DNA from: a virus
Taxonomy: Duplodnaviria > Caudoviricetes
Reading direction: 5' to 3' (one strand)
DNA: 35,885 bases
IMG/VR virus record: IMGVR_UViG_3300012953_000088
Location: 1 to 35,885 of that record
Shown here: one piece after another, positions 27,013-35,786 of the stretch
How the letters are laid out: every line of letters begins with the position of its first letter
Numbering within the stretch: the first letter of the stretch is position 1
The notes under the pieces: generated by a model
The model's database searches: none
Told to the model about the DNA's origin: nothing
Seen by the model: only the letters and a program-made list of their open reading frames with translations
Translations under genes and position numbers: made by a program

Positions 27013-27346
27013 GCGGGCAAATCAACTTCTAAGGTATGACCCAGATACTGGCGAGATTTATAACAGAGTGAATCGGAAGCCGGCGAAAGCCGGCCAGCCG
27101 GTTGGGCAGAGTATCGGCGGCTCAAGGCGAGAGCTGCGATACATTACGGTGGATCGAAATACCTATTCGTTTCACCGGATCGCGTGGTTGCTGCACTATG
27201 GCGAATGGGCAGCACGAATCAGCCATATCGATGGCAACACGCTGAACAATAAGATTTCAAATTTGACATGCGAGATAGAAAGAGCAGATCATGATTCCTC
27301 CAAAAGAACTACGAGAACGCAGGCAGTGGCTCAACTGGACGAATGA
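26993..27346 (+). CDS. HNH endonuclease (HNH_3-like)
   Basis: YDPDTGE...HRIAW...HIDGNTLNNKISNL. Confidence 0.8.
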   Translation: MKQLTYERANQLLRYDPDTGEIYNRVNRKPAKAGQPVGQSIGGSRRELRYITVDRNTYSFHRIAWLLHYGEWAARISHIDGNTLNNKISNLTCEIERADHDSSKRTTRTQAVAQLDE

Positions 27347-29483
27347 CAACGGGAACAAAATCCCCAAACAGGTGAATGGCCAATACGGCAAGTCGAATGA
27401 CCCGACGACATGGGCGAGCTATCAGTCGGTCAAACGAGTTGCTGAAAAGTTCTCCGGCATTGCATTTGTCATTTCAGACGAAGACGATTTTTGCGGCATT
27501 GACTTGGACAACTGCCTCGATGAAAACGGTAAGATGCTCGACTGGGCGATACCGTTTATCGCTAAGTTCAGCCCTGTCGGGTACGGTGAAGTCTCACCAA
27601 GCGGTCGAGGCATCAAGTTCATCGTCCGGGGTAAAAAACAAGAGGGGTCACGATGTGTGCATGTTGTTGACGCCGACCTGAAACAGCAGGTTGAAGTCTA
27701 CGACAAAGCTCGATTCTGGACGATCACTGGCAACCTGTACGCAGGTTGCCGATCAGCCGGGGATGGACAGGCTGCAGTTGACTGGATTTGCGAGAAGTTC
27801 CTGCTCTCTCCTCGCGATGTCGCCACCAGTCCTCAGCCTGTCCACATTCCCGAGCCGGCTGTAGAGCCACGATATCGCCCCGTCACGGTCGAGCGGACAG
27901 AACTGGAGCGACGTGCTCAGGCATATGTAGAGGCCGTTCCTGCCACCGGGGCGAACCGCAACAACACGATTTTTAAGTTGAGCGGGAACCTCCACGCACT
28001 TGAGCATGAAGGTCAGCGGTTAAGCGCCGGCGAGATCCAAAGCTACTGTGAATTTTATAATGGTCAGCTGCTGGAACCCCTTGAAGAAAATGAATTGCAG
28101 AAGGCGATCCGGAGCGGCATGACCAATGGTACTGCTCGAGCGACGAAGGCGAATGATGCACGTCTGGTCATTGACTCCCCCGTCGATTTTTCACAGCTGA
28201 CTTTCGGCGATGCTGAAATCCCGTCATCCGCCCAAAGATCTCTGAACCCGGATCAACACACTATTCCTCTTGAGCTGATCTACAACGCCCCAGGACTAGT
28301 CGGTGACCTCGTTCGCTGGTTTGAGAAGACGTGCCTTTACTCAGTGCCGGAATTGTTTTTCGGCTGTGCCTTGGCGTTCATGAGTTTTTTGACAGGTCGC
28401 AAAATAAAAGACGGTCTGAATGGCCGGACCAATATGTACATCCTCGGCACCGGGTTGACTGGATCTGGAAAGGACCACGCCCGAAAAGCGATCAAGAGCC
28501 TGTTGATCGCCTGCGATGCTGAGGAGCATTTGGCTCCAGAGGACATCGGTAGCTCCGCCGGTCTTAGCAAGCAGATGGTTGAGCATCCTGCGACTCTTTT
28601 CCAGATTGATGAGTTTGGCGCGTTTCTGGTGCAGGTGGCAAACAAGATGTCTCCGCACCTACAGGCTGTTGAAAGTGACCTGCTGAAGCTCTACACGTCA
28701 TCTGGGTCATCATGGAAAGGCCGGGCATTGGCAGATATTGAACGGATTCCGTTCGTCAATCAGCCGCACTGCGTGATATCAGGCACTTGTACGCCTGAAG
28801 ATCTCTGGAACGCAATGAGTACCGCCCAGGTGCATCAAGGTCTTTTAGGGCGTCTTCAGATTTTCGAGGCTCCTCGATATGTGAGTCTTACAGATAACGT
28901 GCCTCTTAGAATGGATCGTGAGACTCCACCCCAAGAGATCATTGACCAAGTTAAGTGGTGGCTCGACTACGAGCCGGGCGGAAACCTAAACACTGAGAAC
29001 CCAACTCCAAAGCTGGTTGATTGGACCGCAGAAGCTGAAGAGCGTTTGGTCGGACATATGAGAAATATCTCTGAGAAACGTATTCATGAGGATGTGATAT
29101 CCGCAGCAATCTGGAGCAGATCAGCCGAGAAGGCGGGAAAGCTGGCATTGATCGTGGCCGCTGCTGAACGGCGATGGGTGGTCACGAAAGATGATGCGGA
29201 CTACGCAATTGCCTTGCAGAACTGCCTGACTCGAAAACTGATCAGCCGGATCAATATGCACATTGCCGACAACCCGATGGAACGAGCAAAGAAAAAGTTG
29301 CTAAACAAACTCAGCAACGAATGGATGACTAAAACACAACTGAGCCGGAAAACTCAGTGGGTCAAAAACTCAAGAGAACGGGATGAGATCCTGCTGGAAC
29401 TTCTCGGTGCCGGTCTGATTCAATGCCGCGAAGACCTCAATACGAACCCAATCCAGAAGTCATATCGGCTGGTTGGCGGGTGA
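27291..29483 (+). CDS. Primase-polymerase (NrS-1-like AEP) fused to a primase C-terminal domain and a DUF3987-like P-loop helicase
   Basis: GIDLD, EVSPSGRG and EVYDKARFWTITG; RNNTIF; GLTGSGKD and IDEFG. Confidence 0.85.
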   Translation: MIPPKELRERRQWLNWTNDNGNKIPKQVNGQYGKSNDPTTWASYQSVKRVAEKFSGIAFVISDEDDFCGIDLDNCLDENGKMLDWAIPFIAKFSPVGYGEVSPSGRGIKFIVRGKKQEGSRCVHVVDADLKQQVEVYDKARFWTITGNLYAGCRSAGDGQAAVDWICEKFLLSPRDVATSPQPVHIPEPAVEPRYRPVTVERTELERRAQAYVEAVPATGANRNNTIFKLSGNLHALEHEGQRLSAGEIQSYCEFYNGQLLEPLEENELQKAIRSGMTNGTARATKANDARLVIDSPVDFSQLTFGDAEIPSSAQRSLNPDQHTIPLELIYNAPGLVGDLVRWFEKTCLYSVPELFFGCALAFMSFLTGRKIKDGLNGRTNMYILGTGLTGSGKDHARKAIKSLLIACDAEEHLAPEDIGSSAGLSKQMVEHPATLFQIDEFGAFLVQVANKMSPHLQAVESDLLKLYTSSGSSWKGRALADIERIPFVNQPHCVISGTCTPEDLWNAMSTAQVHQGLLGRLQIFEAPRYVSLTDNVPLRMDRETPPQEIIDQVKWWLDYEPGGNLNTENPTPKLVDWTAEAEERLVGHMRNISEKRIHEDVISAAIWSRSAEKAGKLALIVAAAERRWVVTKDDADYAIALQNCLTRKLISRINMHIADNPMERAKKKLLNKLSNEWMTKTQLSRKTQWVKNSRERDEILLELLGAGLIQCREDLNTNPIQKSYRLVGG

Positions 29484-29485
29484 TC

Positions 29486-29810
29486 TGAGAATGTGAGAAT
29501 GCGAGAATGCTAGCACTTCAAACATCTGGTAGAAATAGAAATAGTAATAGCCTCATTTTCTCATTCTCGATCAGCGAGAAATCATCGTAGTGCAAGGCTA
29601 ATACTGGGCATTTCAATAGAGGATTTGAAATGCGAAAGTGAGAATGAGAAGTGTTTTCCTTATATTATATATAAAATATTTATATTATTTAATCTATTAC
29701 TATACCTCCTGTCTCTCTTTTCTCATTCTCGCATTCTCGACCCTCATTCTCGCGTTCTCACATTACAATATGCGGACCCCCATAGAAATTGAAGTGCCAG
29801 CATTCTCGCA
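29486..29810. other. Putative replication origin: convergent YGAGAATG iterons around an AT-rich core
   Basis: Repeated GAGAATG/CATTCTC, two ~20-bp inverted repeat pairs, nearly pure A/T tract at ~29660-29704, directly downstream of the primase-helicase. Confidence 0.75.
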
Positions 29811-29876
29811 GACACGGTCTTGGACTTGACTTCAGCAGTTGGTACAGTGTGAGGTCACCCAAAACGGAGTTAAAGC

Positions 29877-30257
29877 ATGGCAATGACGCAGCAGGAAGCA
29901 ATCGATCAGCTGGTTCCGGAACTTAATGCTAGGATCAACATTCCCGGCATCTGGTCTGAAGAAGCCGAGGCTGAAAAGATTCGGTACGGCTTGGAATTGA
30001 TCATGCCGTCAATTCCGCCCATAGCTTACGAATTCATGGTCTCAGCGTCTGACGGCTTAACTGACACGGAAGTCGAGAAGTTCACTGAGATCACCCTCAC
30101 GGGGGCTGTGAGGACTGCGATGGCTCCACTGCCGCAAATGGTTCAGGTATTTGTCGGAAGCCAGTTACGGGCCTTCCTGGCTCCTCTGGTAAAGATTGTG
30201 TTTGAATACGCTCAAGTGGGTGCAAACTTGGGACTGGAGCAGCCTGATGGAGATTGA
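29877..30257 (+). CDS. Hypothetical protein with hydrophobic C-terminal helices
   Basis: GGAG RBS; first gene after the origin. Confidence 0.6.
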   Translation: MAMTQQEAIDQLVPELNARINIPGIWSEEAEAEKIRYGLELIMPSIPPIAYEFMVSASDGLTDTEVEKFTEITLTGAVRTAMAPLPQMVQVFVGSQLRAFLAPLVKIVFEYAQVGANLGLEQPDGD

Positions 30258-30540
30258 ACTCCCGCCAGCAGTGATTCTCGGCATTAAAGTTGTCAGCGGT
30301 TTTGTCGCTGCAGTGATGTTGTTCCGGTCACGCAGAGATATCCCGAAATTTTGGAATTGGGTGCGACCAAAGAAGACGCAAGCCTATAAAGTCCGGCCAA
30401 ACATGGACGCCGCATGGAGGCAGCTGATCGACGATAGTCGCCACCGAAGTTGTGAGAAATCAATCAAACTGCTCAACGAATGGATGGCGATTAGGACACA
30501 CGCAGGATTGATTCGCAAACTGCCAAAGAAAAAGCCATGA
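30247..30540 (+). CDS. Single-TM membrane protein with basic C-terminus
   Basis: AVILGIKVVSGFVAAVMLF followed by RSRR; ends RKLPKKKP. Confidence 0.55.
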   Translation: MEIELPPAVILGIKVVSGFVAAVMLFRSRRDIPKFWNWVRPKKTQAYKVRPNMDAAWRQLIDDSRHRSCEKSIKLLNEWMAIRTHAGLIRKLPKKKP

Positions 30541-30869
30541 GATATTTCGTGCTGATCGCATGTGTTGCTGTTTGGTTCCTGCCGCTGGAGGCGTCAAAGT
30601 CTCCAGAGCCAAGAAAGCAGCCAGACCTGTACGATCAGTTCGCATCTGATTACAGACAACTGCTGGCTGATAATTGGATGGAAATGGCCGGCATCGATTT
30701 CAGCTCTGATGCTGAACAACTCGCGTGGATCAACGAACGGAATCAAGCAGCCAGATCAGCTGCGTGGCAACCGATTCATCAACTGGCTGCAGAAGCGGCG
30801 ACCAGTGGGCCTGAGTTCGTCGCTCGGTTTGCGACTAAGCTGAAAGATGGGACTCTTGGAATCGAATGA
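30537..30869 (+). CDS. Secreted or membrane-anchored helical protein
   Basis: Signal-like MRYFVLIACVAVWFLP. Confidence 0.55.
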   Translation: MRYFVLIACVAVWFLPLEASKSPEPRKQPDLYDQFASDYRQLLADNWMEMAGIDFSSDAEQLAWINERNQAARSAAWQPIHQLAAEAATSGPEFVARFATKLKDGTLGIE

Positions 30870-31710
30870 CGAAGAATTCACCGGCTACGCAATTGATGAT
30901 GAAGACCTCAATGCCGTTGCAAACGAATCGGTAGACTTCGATTTCGAGTCTATGCCCATGCGTGGAGATGTTCCCGCTAAATACGATCCAAGAACAATCC
31001 CGTGGAGAGTCGAGAATCAGGGACGAGTTGGCCGATGTGCCGGCATGGCCGCATCGTCAGTCGGTGAGATGTGTTTCAACCGACAATCAGCCGGACAGAA
31101 AATCATTCATTTTAATGGACATGCCTCCTACATCTGGGCGCAAAAAAACTCACGCGGGCTGTACGGGCGTGATGCCGGCAGCACCATCCACGGCAACGTG
31201 AAGGCCGCAAAGCAAAAAGGGTTCTGCCCCATTGACTGGAGCGGAGATGGGAGAGCTGATTACCCGCTGCCACCCAGATACACCACTAACATTCCAGCCG
31301 AAGCGGAAGCCCATGCCGCCAAATACAAAATCGGATACTCAGCCTTCCTTGAGACCTTCGACGCAGTCCTGAACTTCCTGCGATCCGGGCAAGGCGCTGT
31401 GATGGTTGGTGGTAGTTGGGGACGCTGGTCGCCAAATGCAGACGGAATTGCCGACAGGTTTCGGTCAGGCGGATCCGGTCACGCATGGATGATCTGCGGC
31501 TGGGATTGTTCCCGAAAGACTTACAGTGACGACTTGCTAATCGCCGTCAATTCGCACGGTGAACGATCATGGAAAAAGGGATTCTGTTTCCTGACTCGCC
31601 GGTTCGTGAAAGACTTCTCAGAGCATAAGCACACAGTCATTGCAGGCATGTCAGATCTCAGCGATCCAGAGCCGAGAAAAGTTAATTGGGAAACAGAGCT
31701 GGTATGGTAA
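30847..31710 (+). CDS. Papain-like (C1) cysteine protease
   Basis: Oxyanion Gln and catalytic Cys (NQGRVGRCAG), His (GHAW), Asn (NSHG..W..G). Confidence 0.85.
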   Translation: MGLLESNDEEFTGYAIDDEDLNAVANESVDFDFESMPMRGDVPAKYDPRTIPWRVENQGRVGRCAGMAASSVGEMCFNRQSAGQKIIHFNGHASYIWAQKNSRGLYGRDAGSTIHGNVKAAKQKGFCPIDWSGDGRADYPLPPRYTTNIPAEAEAHAAKYKIGYSAFLETFDAVLNFLRSGQGAVMVGGSWGRWSPNADGIADRFRSGGSGHAWMICGWDCSRKTYSDDLLIAVNSHGERSWKKGFCFLTRRFVKDFSEHKHTVIAGMSDLSDPEPRKVNWETELVW

Positions 31711-32591
31711 ATCATTTGGTCATTCTCGTTGCAGTGTTTCTGGGGTTTGCCCCGGCTCTCGCGACAGACAGTTACGTGGCGGCGCAAAAACGAATGCAGG
31801 AAATTCTGGACGGCAAAAACAAAAGACCTGTAGTCGAATGGTCGCATGAAGATCAGGTCGTCGCCGCTACCGTTCAGGCAAATCAGTGCTACATGATTAC
31901 AGCCGCATGGTGCGGACCATGTCGTCAATCAAAGAAAAACTGCGGTGACCTCATCGGCGATGCCGGAAGTGGATCGCCAGTCACAATTGTTGATATTGCG
32001 TCCCGCCCAAATTACGCAAAAGATTTGGGGATTACATATGCAAAATCAATCCCGGCATGGGTCGTTGTCAGTCCCGATGGGAAAGAATTAGCGAGGGTAA
32101 AAGGAAGCCAGACACGGCAGTCTTTGTTCGCGTTTCTTGAGCGGAACGATGTTAATCCGCCGACTCCAGTTGTGACAGATTCGGAATCAGTTGTCGCAAC
32201 CATCAACAGCCAGCCGTCATCACATGCGGTGGTTGCAGCGTTCTCCGAGCACTTGTCAAGAACCGTCGAAGATCACGAGTTTCCGGTCACGGGACTGTTC
32301 GATAAAGACCTGTCTGTTCCAGAACAGATCCCGCAGATTCTCGCAACTCTGATGGCAGGTGATCCCATTGAAATTGAAACAGCAGGGCTGACAGTGCTAT
32401 GGACCGGAGAAGATCGGCAGGTGAAGTTTCAAGGTGACGAATTAACTCTGAGTCCACCCGTGTCAGTCCGGTTGCAGAAATGGAAAATAAAAGTGACGAC
32501 CACCCTGTCAGGAATTCGTGTAACTGACGAAGGACGCACAGTCCGGTTTCTGCTGAACGGTCCAGATTTTACTGTGAGGTTTGTGCAATGA
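31704..32591 (+). CDS. Secreted thioredoxin-domain protein with C-terminal beta domain
   Basis: Signal peptide ending ALA; WCGPC active site; cis-Pro-like SIPAW. Confidence 0.8.
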   Translation: MVNHLVILVAVFLGFAPALATDSYVAAQKRMQEILDGKNKRPVVEWSHEDQVVAATVQANQCYMITAAWCGPCRQSKKNCGDLIGDAGSGSPVTIVDIASRPNYAKDLGITYAKSIPAWVVVSPDGKELARVKGSQTRQSLFAFLERNDVNPPTPVVTDSESVVATINSQPSSHAVVAAFSEHLSRTVEDHEFPVTGLFDKDLSVPEQIPQILATLMAGDPIEIETAGLTVLWTGEDRQVKFQGDELTLSPPVSVRLQKWKIKVTTTLSGIRVTDEGRTVRFLLNGPDFTVRFVQ

Positions 32592-33970
32592 CGTTGGTTG
32601 GTCGATGTTGTCACTGCGGCGCGTGCCGCTATCTTGTTGCGATAGCAGGTGTATCCCCTGAAGGCACTCAAGCCCGAGACTCAACCTACTACCAGAGGCA
32701 CTCAATTTCCGGCCAAAACTTATGGGCTAACAGCATTCTCACCTCGGTAGGTTGGCCTGCTGGAGCAATCCAAATTGCTGTTCCACAAGGTGCGGAACCA
32801 GACGACTTTGATTCTAGCGATGTTGCGTTATTAGTAATTATGAGAGGATACTCTTCACTTGATATTGGACCGACTGCAATTGCGGTGGAGGTCTTAAACG
32901 GTGGTGGTACGGTGTTAGTCATTAACGATTACAGAGGCAACGCCTCTAGTCCGGGTTATATCGACGATACTCACCCAGCAAACATCGCCCTCATTGGCAT
33001 GGGGTCCACCATGCGAATAGGCCCGGAATGGGGCGCGGTTGGATCACCGGAAGCTGGGGGTAGGCAGATATGGTCAAGAGTTTCAATGAGTGGTCCGCTC
33101 ACAACAGGGGTCTCAGTGATCGAACAGCGGGCAATGGGACGCGCAACATCAGGAGACGCTGTGGTGTTGGGGGAGTACCTCGGGTATCCCTATGCAATGG
33201 TCGAGACGATCGACAACGGGGGCGACCCGCCCGGAACGATCGTCATGATCATGGACACGAACGGCTACACACAAAACGTCAATTTAGGAAGCGATGGTGA
33301 GCAGTTCCTGCACAATATCTACTGGGATGCGGTGACCCCCCGTTGCACTGTTGTGTGTGATAAGATTGGATTCTTCGGCGGGTTCAATGACTCTTCCTGG
33401 TCTATCGGGGTTCCTCGGGGATACGAACATCTGTACGGACTAGGGAACGATGGGTTTTTAACAGAAGAGATGGGAACCGTGTTCATGGGATTCAATCCCG
33501 CGAGCGGGTCGCTGAGTATTCCGTCAGACGCGACAGCTTCCATTGTCTTTCTGAGTCGCGGTGGAACAATTGTTGTATGTCTCGAAAAGGCGGGTTCACT
33601 GCTGGATGGTCAAAACGCGGTTGACGAGTGCAATTTGTATCTTGAGGCAATTGGTGCTGATATGCGTTGGACCGTATATCATGACCACATACCCCGGCGA
33701 ATATCCCCGCCATTTGGTAATGACCCGTTGGTCGATCATTGTTATGATTTTAAAATAAGTTCACAACCGGGGAGGATATCGCGTAACCGGTCAGGGCGGG
33801 CCTTATCTGGAAATTGGGCTATGGTTGAGTATGTGGGCAAAGGGCGGCTTGTTATCATCGCCGATTCTGAATTTTTTACATCTATTTATGCCCCTTCCTG
33901 GAACAGAGGTAACAACAGACTAATCTCCAATATTGTCGAGTCGGGTGAATGCACTGTCGAGGAAGAGTAA
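32588..33970 (+). CDS. Cys-rich N-terminal protein with two tandem GldG/DUF4350-like alpha/beta domains
   Basis: GRCCHCGAC start; duplicated (L)xxGGT(V/I)(L/V)V and G.IVMIMD/GRLVIIAD motifs. Confidence 0.55.
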   Translation: MTLVGRCCHCGACRYLVAIAGVSPEGTQARDSTYYQRHSISGQNLWANSILTSVGWPAGAIQIAVPQGAEPDDFDSSDVALLVIMRGYSSLDIGPTAIAVEVLNGGGTVLVINDYRGNASSPGYIDDTHPANIALIGMGSTMRIGPEWGAVGSPEAGGRQIWSRVSMSGPLTTGVSVIEQRAMGRATSGDAVVLGEYLGYPYAMVETIDNGGDPPGTIVMIMDTNGYTQNVNLGSDGEQFLHNIYWDAVTPRCTVVCDKIGFFGGFNDSSWSIGVPRGYEHLYGLGNDGFLTEEMGTVFMGFNPASGSLSIPSDATASIVFLSRGGTIVVCLEKAGSLLDGQNAVDECNLYLEAIGADMRWTVYHDHIPRRISPPFGNDPLVDHCYDFKISSQPGRISRNRSGRALSGNWAMVEYVGKGRLVIIADSEFFTSIYAPSWNRGNNRLISNIVESGECTVEEE

Positions 33971-33974
33971 TCCC

Positions 33975-34415
33975 ATGACAACGCGATTCACTTCAGCGCA
34001 GTCTCGGTCAATATTGGCCAGTAATGCTCAGATGAGCTGTGCCGTTGCTGATGCGTTGCACGACAGTGATGTCCCGCCTAAAAGGCAATCGATGTGCTTA
34101 GAGTTGGCAGCTCGTTTATATGCTGACGGCTGGTTTGATCATCCGGCGAGTAGTAACCCAACTGGCTTAGTGTTTGAGCAAGAGGTTATTGATCTTCAGA
34201 CGCGGGCAGCGTTTAAGAAGGGCATTTCCTGTGGGATCATCCCCGGGGGTCTCTTCGGGGTGGTACTGTGGTTTGCTGCTCGGCAAGTCGCGTGGTACTT
34301 TCTGAAGAAGTTAATAGCGAACTGGTGGCTGGCGGAACGAGCAACAACTCAAAGGTTATTAGCAGAACATCGAGCAGAATCTGATCCCCAATCCCCCACA
34401 TACCCGGATTCATAA
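33975..34415 (+). CDS. Hypothetical membrane-associated protein
   Basis: Hydrophobic GIIPGGLFGVVLWFAA segment. Confidence 0.55.
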   Translation: MTTRFTSAQSRSILASNAQMSCAVADALHDSDVPPKRQSMCLELAARLYADGWFDHPASSNPTGLVFEQEVIDLQTRAAFKKGISCGIIPGGLFGVVLWFAARQVAWYFLKKLIANWWLAERATTQRLLAEHRAESDPQSPTYPDS

Positions 34416-34582
34416 TGACTGTTGATTACCTACCAACTAAAGAGCGGCGAGCTTGGCTGAGAGTGCGAGAAGAAGCGATCCTGAATGCGATGTTTTCCAA
34501 GTGGAAAGCTGACCGCGAATGTCCCTTGGCGTGGACAGAAGAATTGTTGTGGGTTCAGGCAGAGATACTTCGCTGCGGCTGA
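34415..34582 (+). CDS. Small hypothetical protein (55 aa, MTVDYLPTKERRAW...), not in the ORF track
   Basis: TAATG overlap with the upstream gene; TGA at 34580-34582. Confidence 0.5.
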   Translation: MTVDYLPTKERRAWLRVREEAILNAMFSKWKADRECPLAWTEELLWVQAEILRCG

Positions 34583-34670
34583 AAAAAAACCCCAAATTCT
34601 GGGAAGCCTATAGGCGAGCGAGCGAGCACGAGAATTTTCGCAAAAACGGCGTACCTGTACGTTTGTACAT

Positions 34671-34750
34671 CTAATCAGATGTTCACTGATCAGGTGTTCA
34701 TTGATCAGATGTGCGCTGAACAAATTTTCAGTGGTTTACTGATCAGGTCA
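34671..34750. repeat. Degenerate 15-bp tandem repeat (YTGATCAGRTGTTCA) x4 plus one extra TGATCAGG
   Basis: Units start at 34671, 34686, 34701, 34716; extra copy at 34739. Confidence 0.8.
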
Positions 34751-34776
34751 ATTCCAATAAATTTACAAGATATCTA

Positions 34777-34805
34777 TTGCAATTGATTCTTGGCTAGTCT
34801 ATCCT
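34777..34805 (+). promoter_or_regulatory. Sigma70-like promoter
   Basis: TTGCAA-17 bp-TATCCT upstream of ORF 34867. Confidence 0.5.
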
Positions 34806-34866
34806 TTAATGCCAGCTGGCCGACATCACGGTAGCGCAACTAGTAACTTTTAGCAAGGAAGATCTC

Positions 34867-35157
34867 ATGGGCAGAGTTAAAGAACATTTCTGGTTCCTGT
34901 TGGTACAGGACGAAACACTGACAAAGGTTCGCAGGATTTGTGCGAAAATCTTTTTACAGGCGATGGAAGATTTTGATACTCGCACTCCAGTTACGAATCG
35001 CTGGCTGGTGAATGCCACTCGGCTTTGGAATGCGATTGATTCGCTCGAGGAGCCAGAGCACTGCTGGGAGTTGATGCGGCAGCAGTTGCCTGAAGCGTTC
35101 AACAATCCAGCTGACAGTAATTCAATTATGTTTTCTTACCACGGAGAAAACCAGTGA
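34867..35157 (+). CDS. Hypothetical protein
   Basis: AAGGA RBS, 96 aa, GTGA overlap with the next gene. Confidence 0.55.
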   Translation: MGRVKEHFWFLLVQDETLTKVRRICAKIFLQAMEDFDTRTPVTNRWLVNATRLWNAIDSLEEPEHCWELMRQQLPEAFNNPADSNSIMFSYHGENQ

Positions 35158-35372
35158 CGACTAAAATATCAAACCTGCAAATCAACGTCGCGGACGACGG
35201 TGCTCGTCAGGCTGCTTGGGAGCATGCTGCTCGAGTGGCCGGGTTCACAAAGAAAAGCCAGTGGGCAGCAGCCATGCTCGACCAAGCACTGAGCAAGACC
35301 GCACGGTCTAAGCTGCCGCCAATCGCAGCCCCCGGCAGGCCACCCAAAAAAGTCGTTCGCGATTCAAAATAG
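35154..35372 (+). CDS. Ribbon-helix-helix DNA-binding protein with AT-hook-like tail
   Basis: Alternating strand NLQINV, helices AWEHAARVAG and SQWAAAMLDQAL, C-terminal PGRPPKK. Confidence 0.6.
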   Translation: MTTKISNLQINVADDGARQAAWEHAARVAGFTKKSQWAAAMLDQALSKTARSKLPPIAAPGRPPKKVVRDSK

Positions 35373-35534
35373 ATACCCCCCCCCTGCGCCCCTGACAGAT
35401 CGTCTCGCAACAGCTGGATGTTTGCCAGGGGTTTTCTATGCGCGGAGCACCACGATCTTCTGCAGGGATTCAGGGCGGACTGGAGCACCAGTGCTCCGCA
35501 GAATCTCAGCCGATCCTGCGACAGACATCCAGTG

Positions 35535-35737
35535 GAAAACTCGCCAAATTCTGGGCGACTCCACTCGCGCGCTGGTCTAAAAAACGCGCCAAATTCTGAC
35601 CGACTCCACTCGCGCGCCGATCCGAAAAACGCGCCAAATTCTGACCGACTCCACTCGCGCGCTGGTCTGAAAAACGCGCCAAATTCTGACCGACTCCACT
35701 CGCGCGCCGATCCGAAAAACGCGCCAAATTCTGGGCG
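35535..35737. repeat. 45-bp tandem repeat x4.5 with alternating A/B variants
   Basis: Core AAAAACGCGCCAAATTCTGACCGACTCCACTCGCGCGC followed alternately by TGGTCT or CGATCC. Confidence 0.95.
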
Positions 35738-35786
35738 CTTAATAGCGCTAGCGCTAGCGCTAGCGAGAATTTTCGCAAAAACGGCG

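Noticed and set aside
35535-35737. CRISPR or guide-RNA array
   Set aside because: Variable parts are only 6 bp and alternate between two versions; no unique spacers and no cas-like gene recognised
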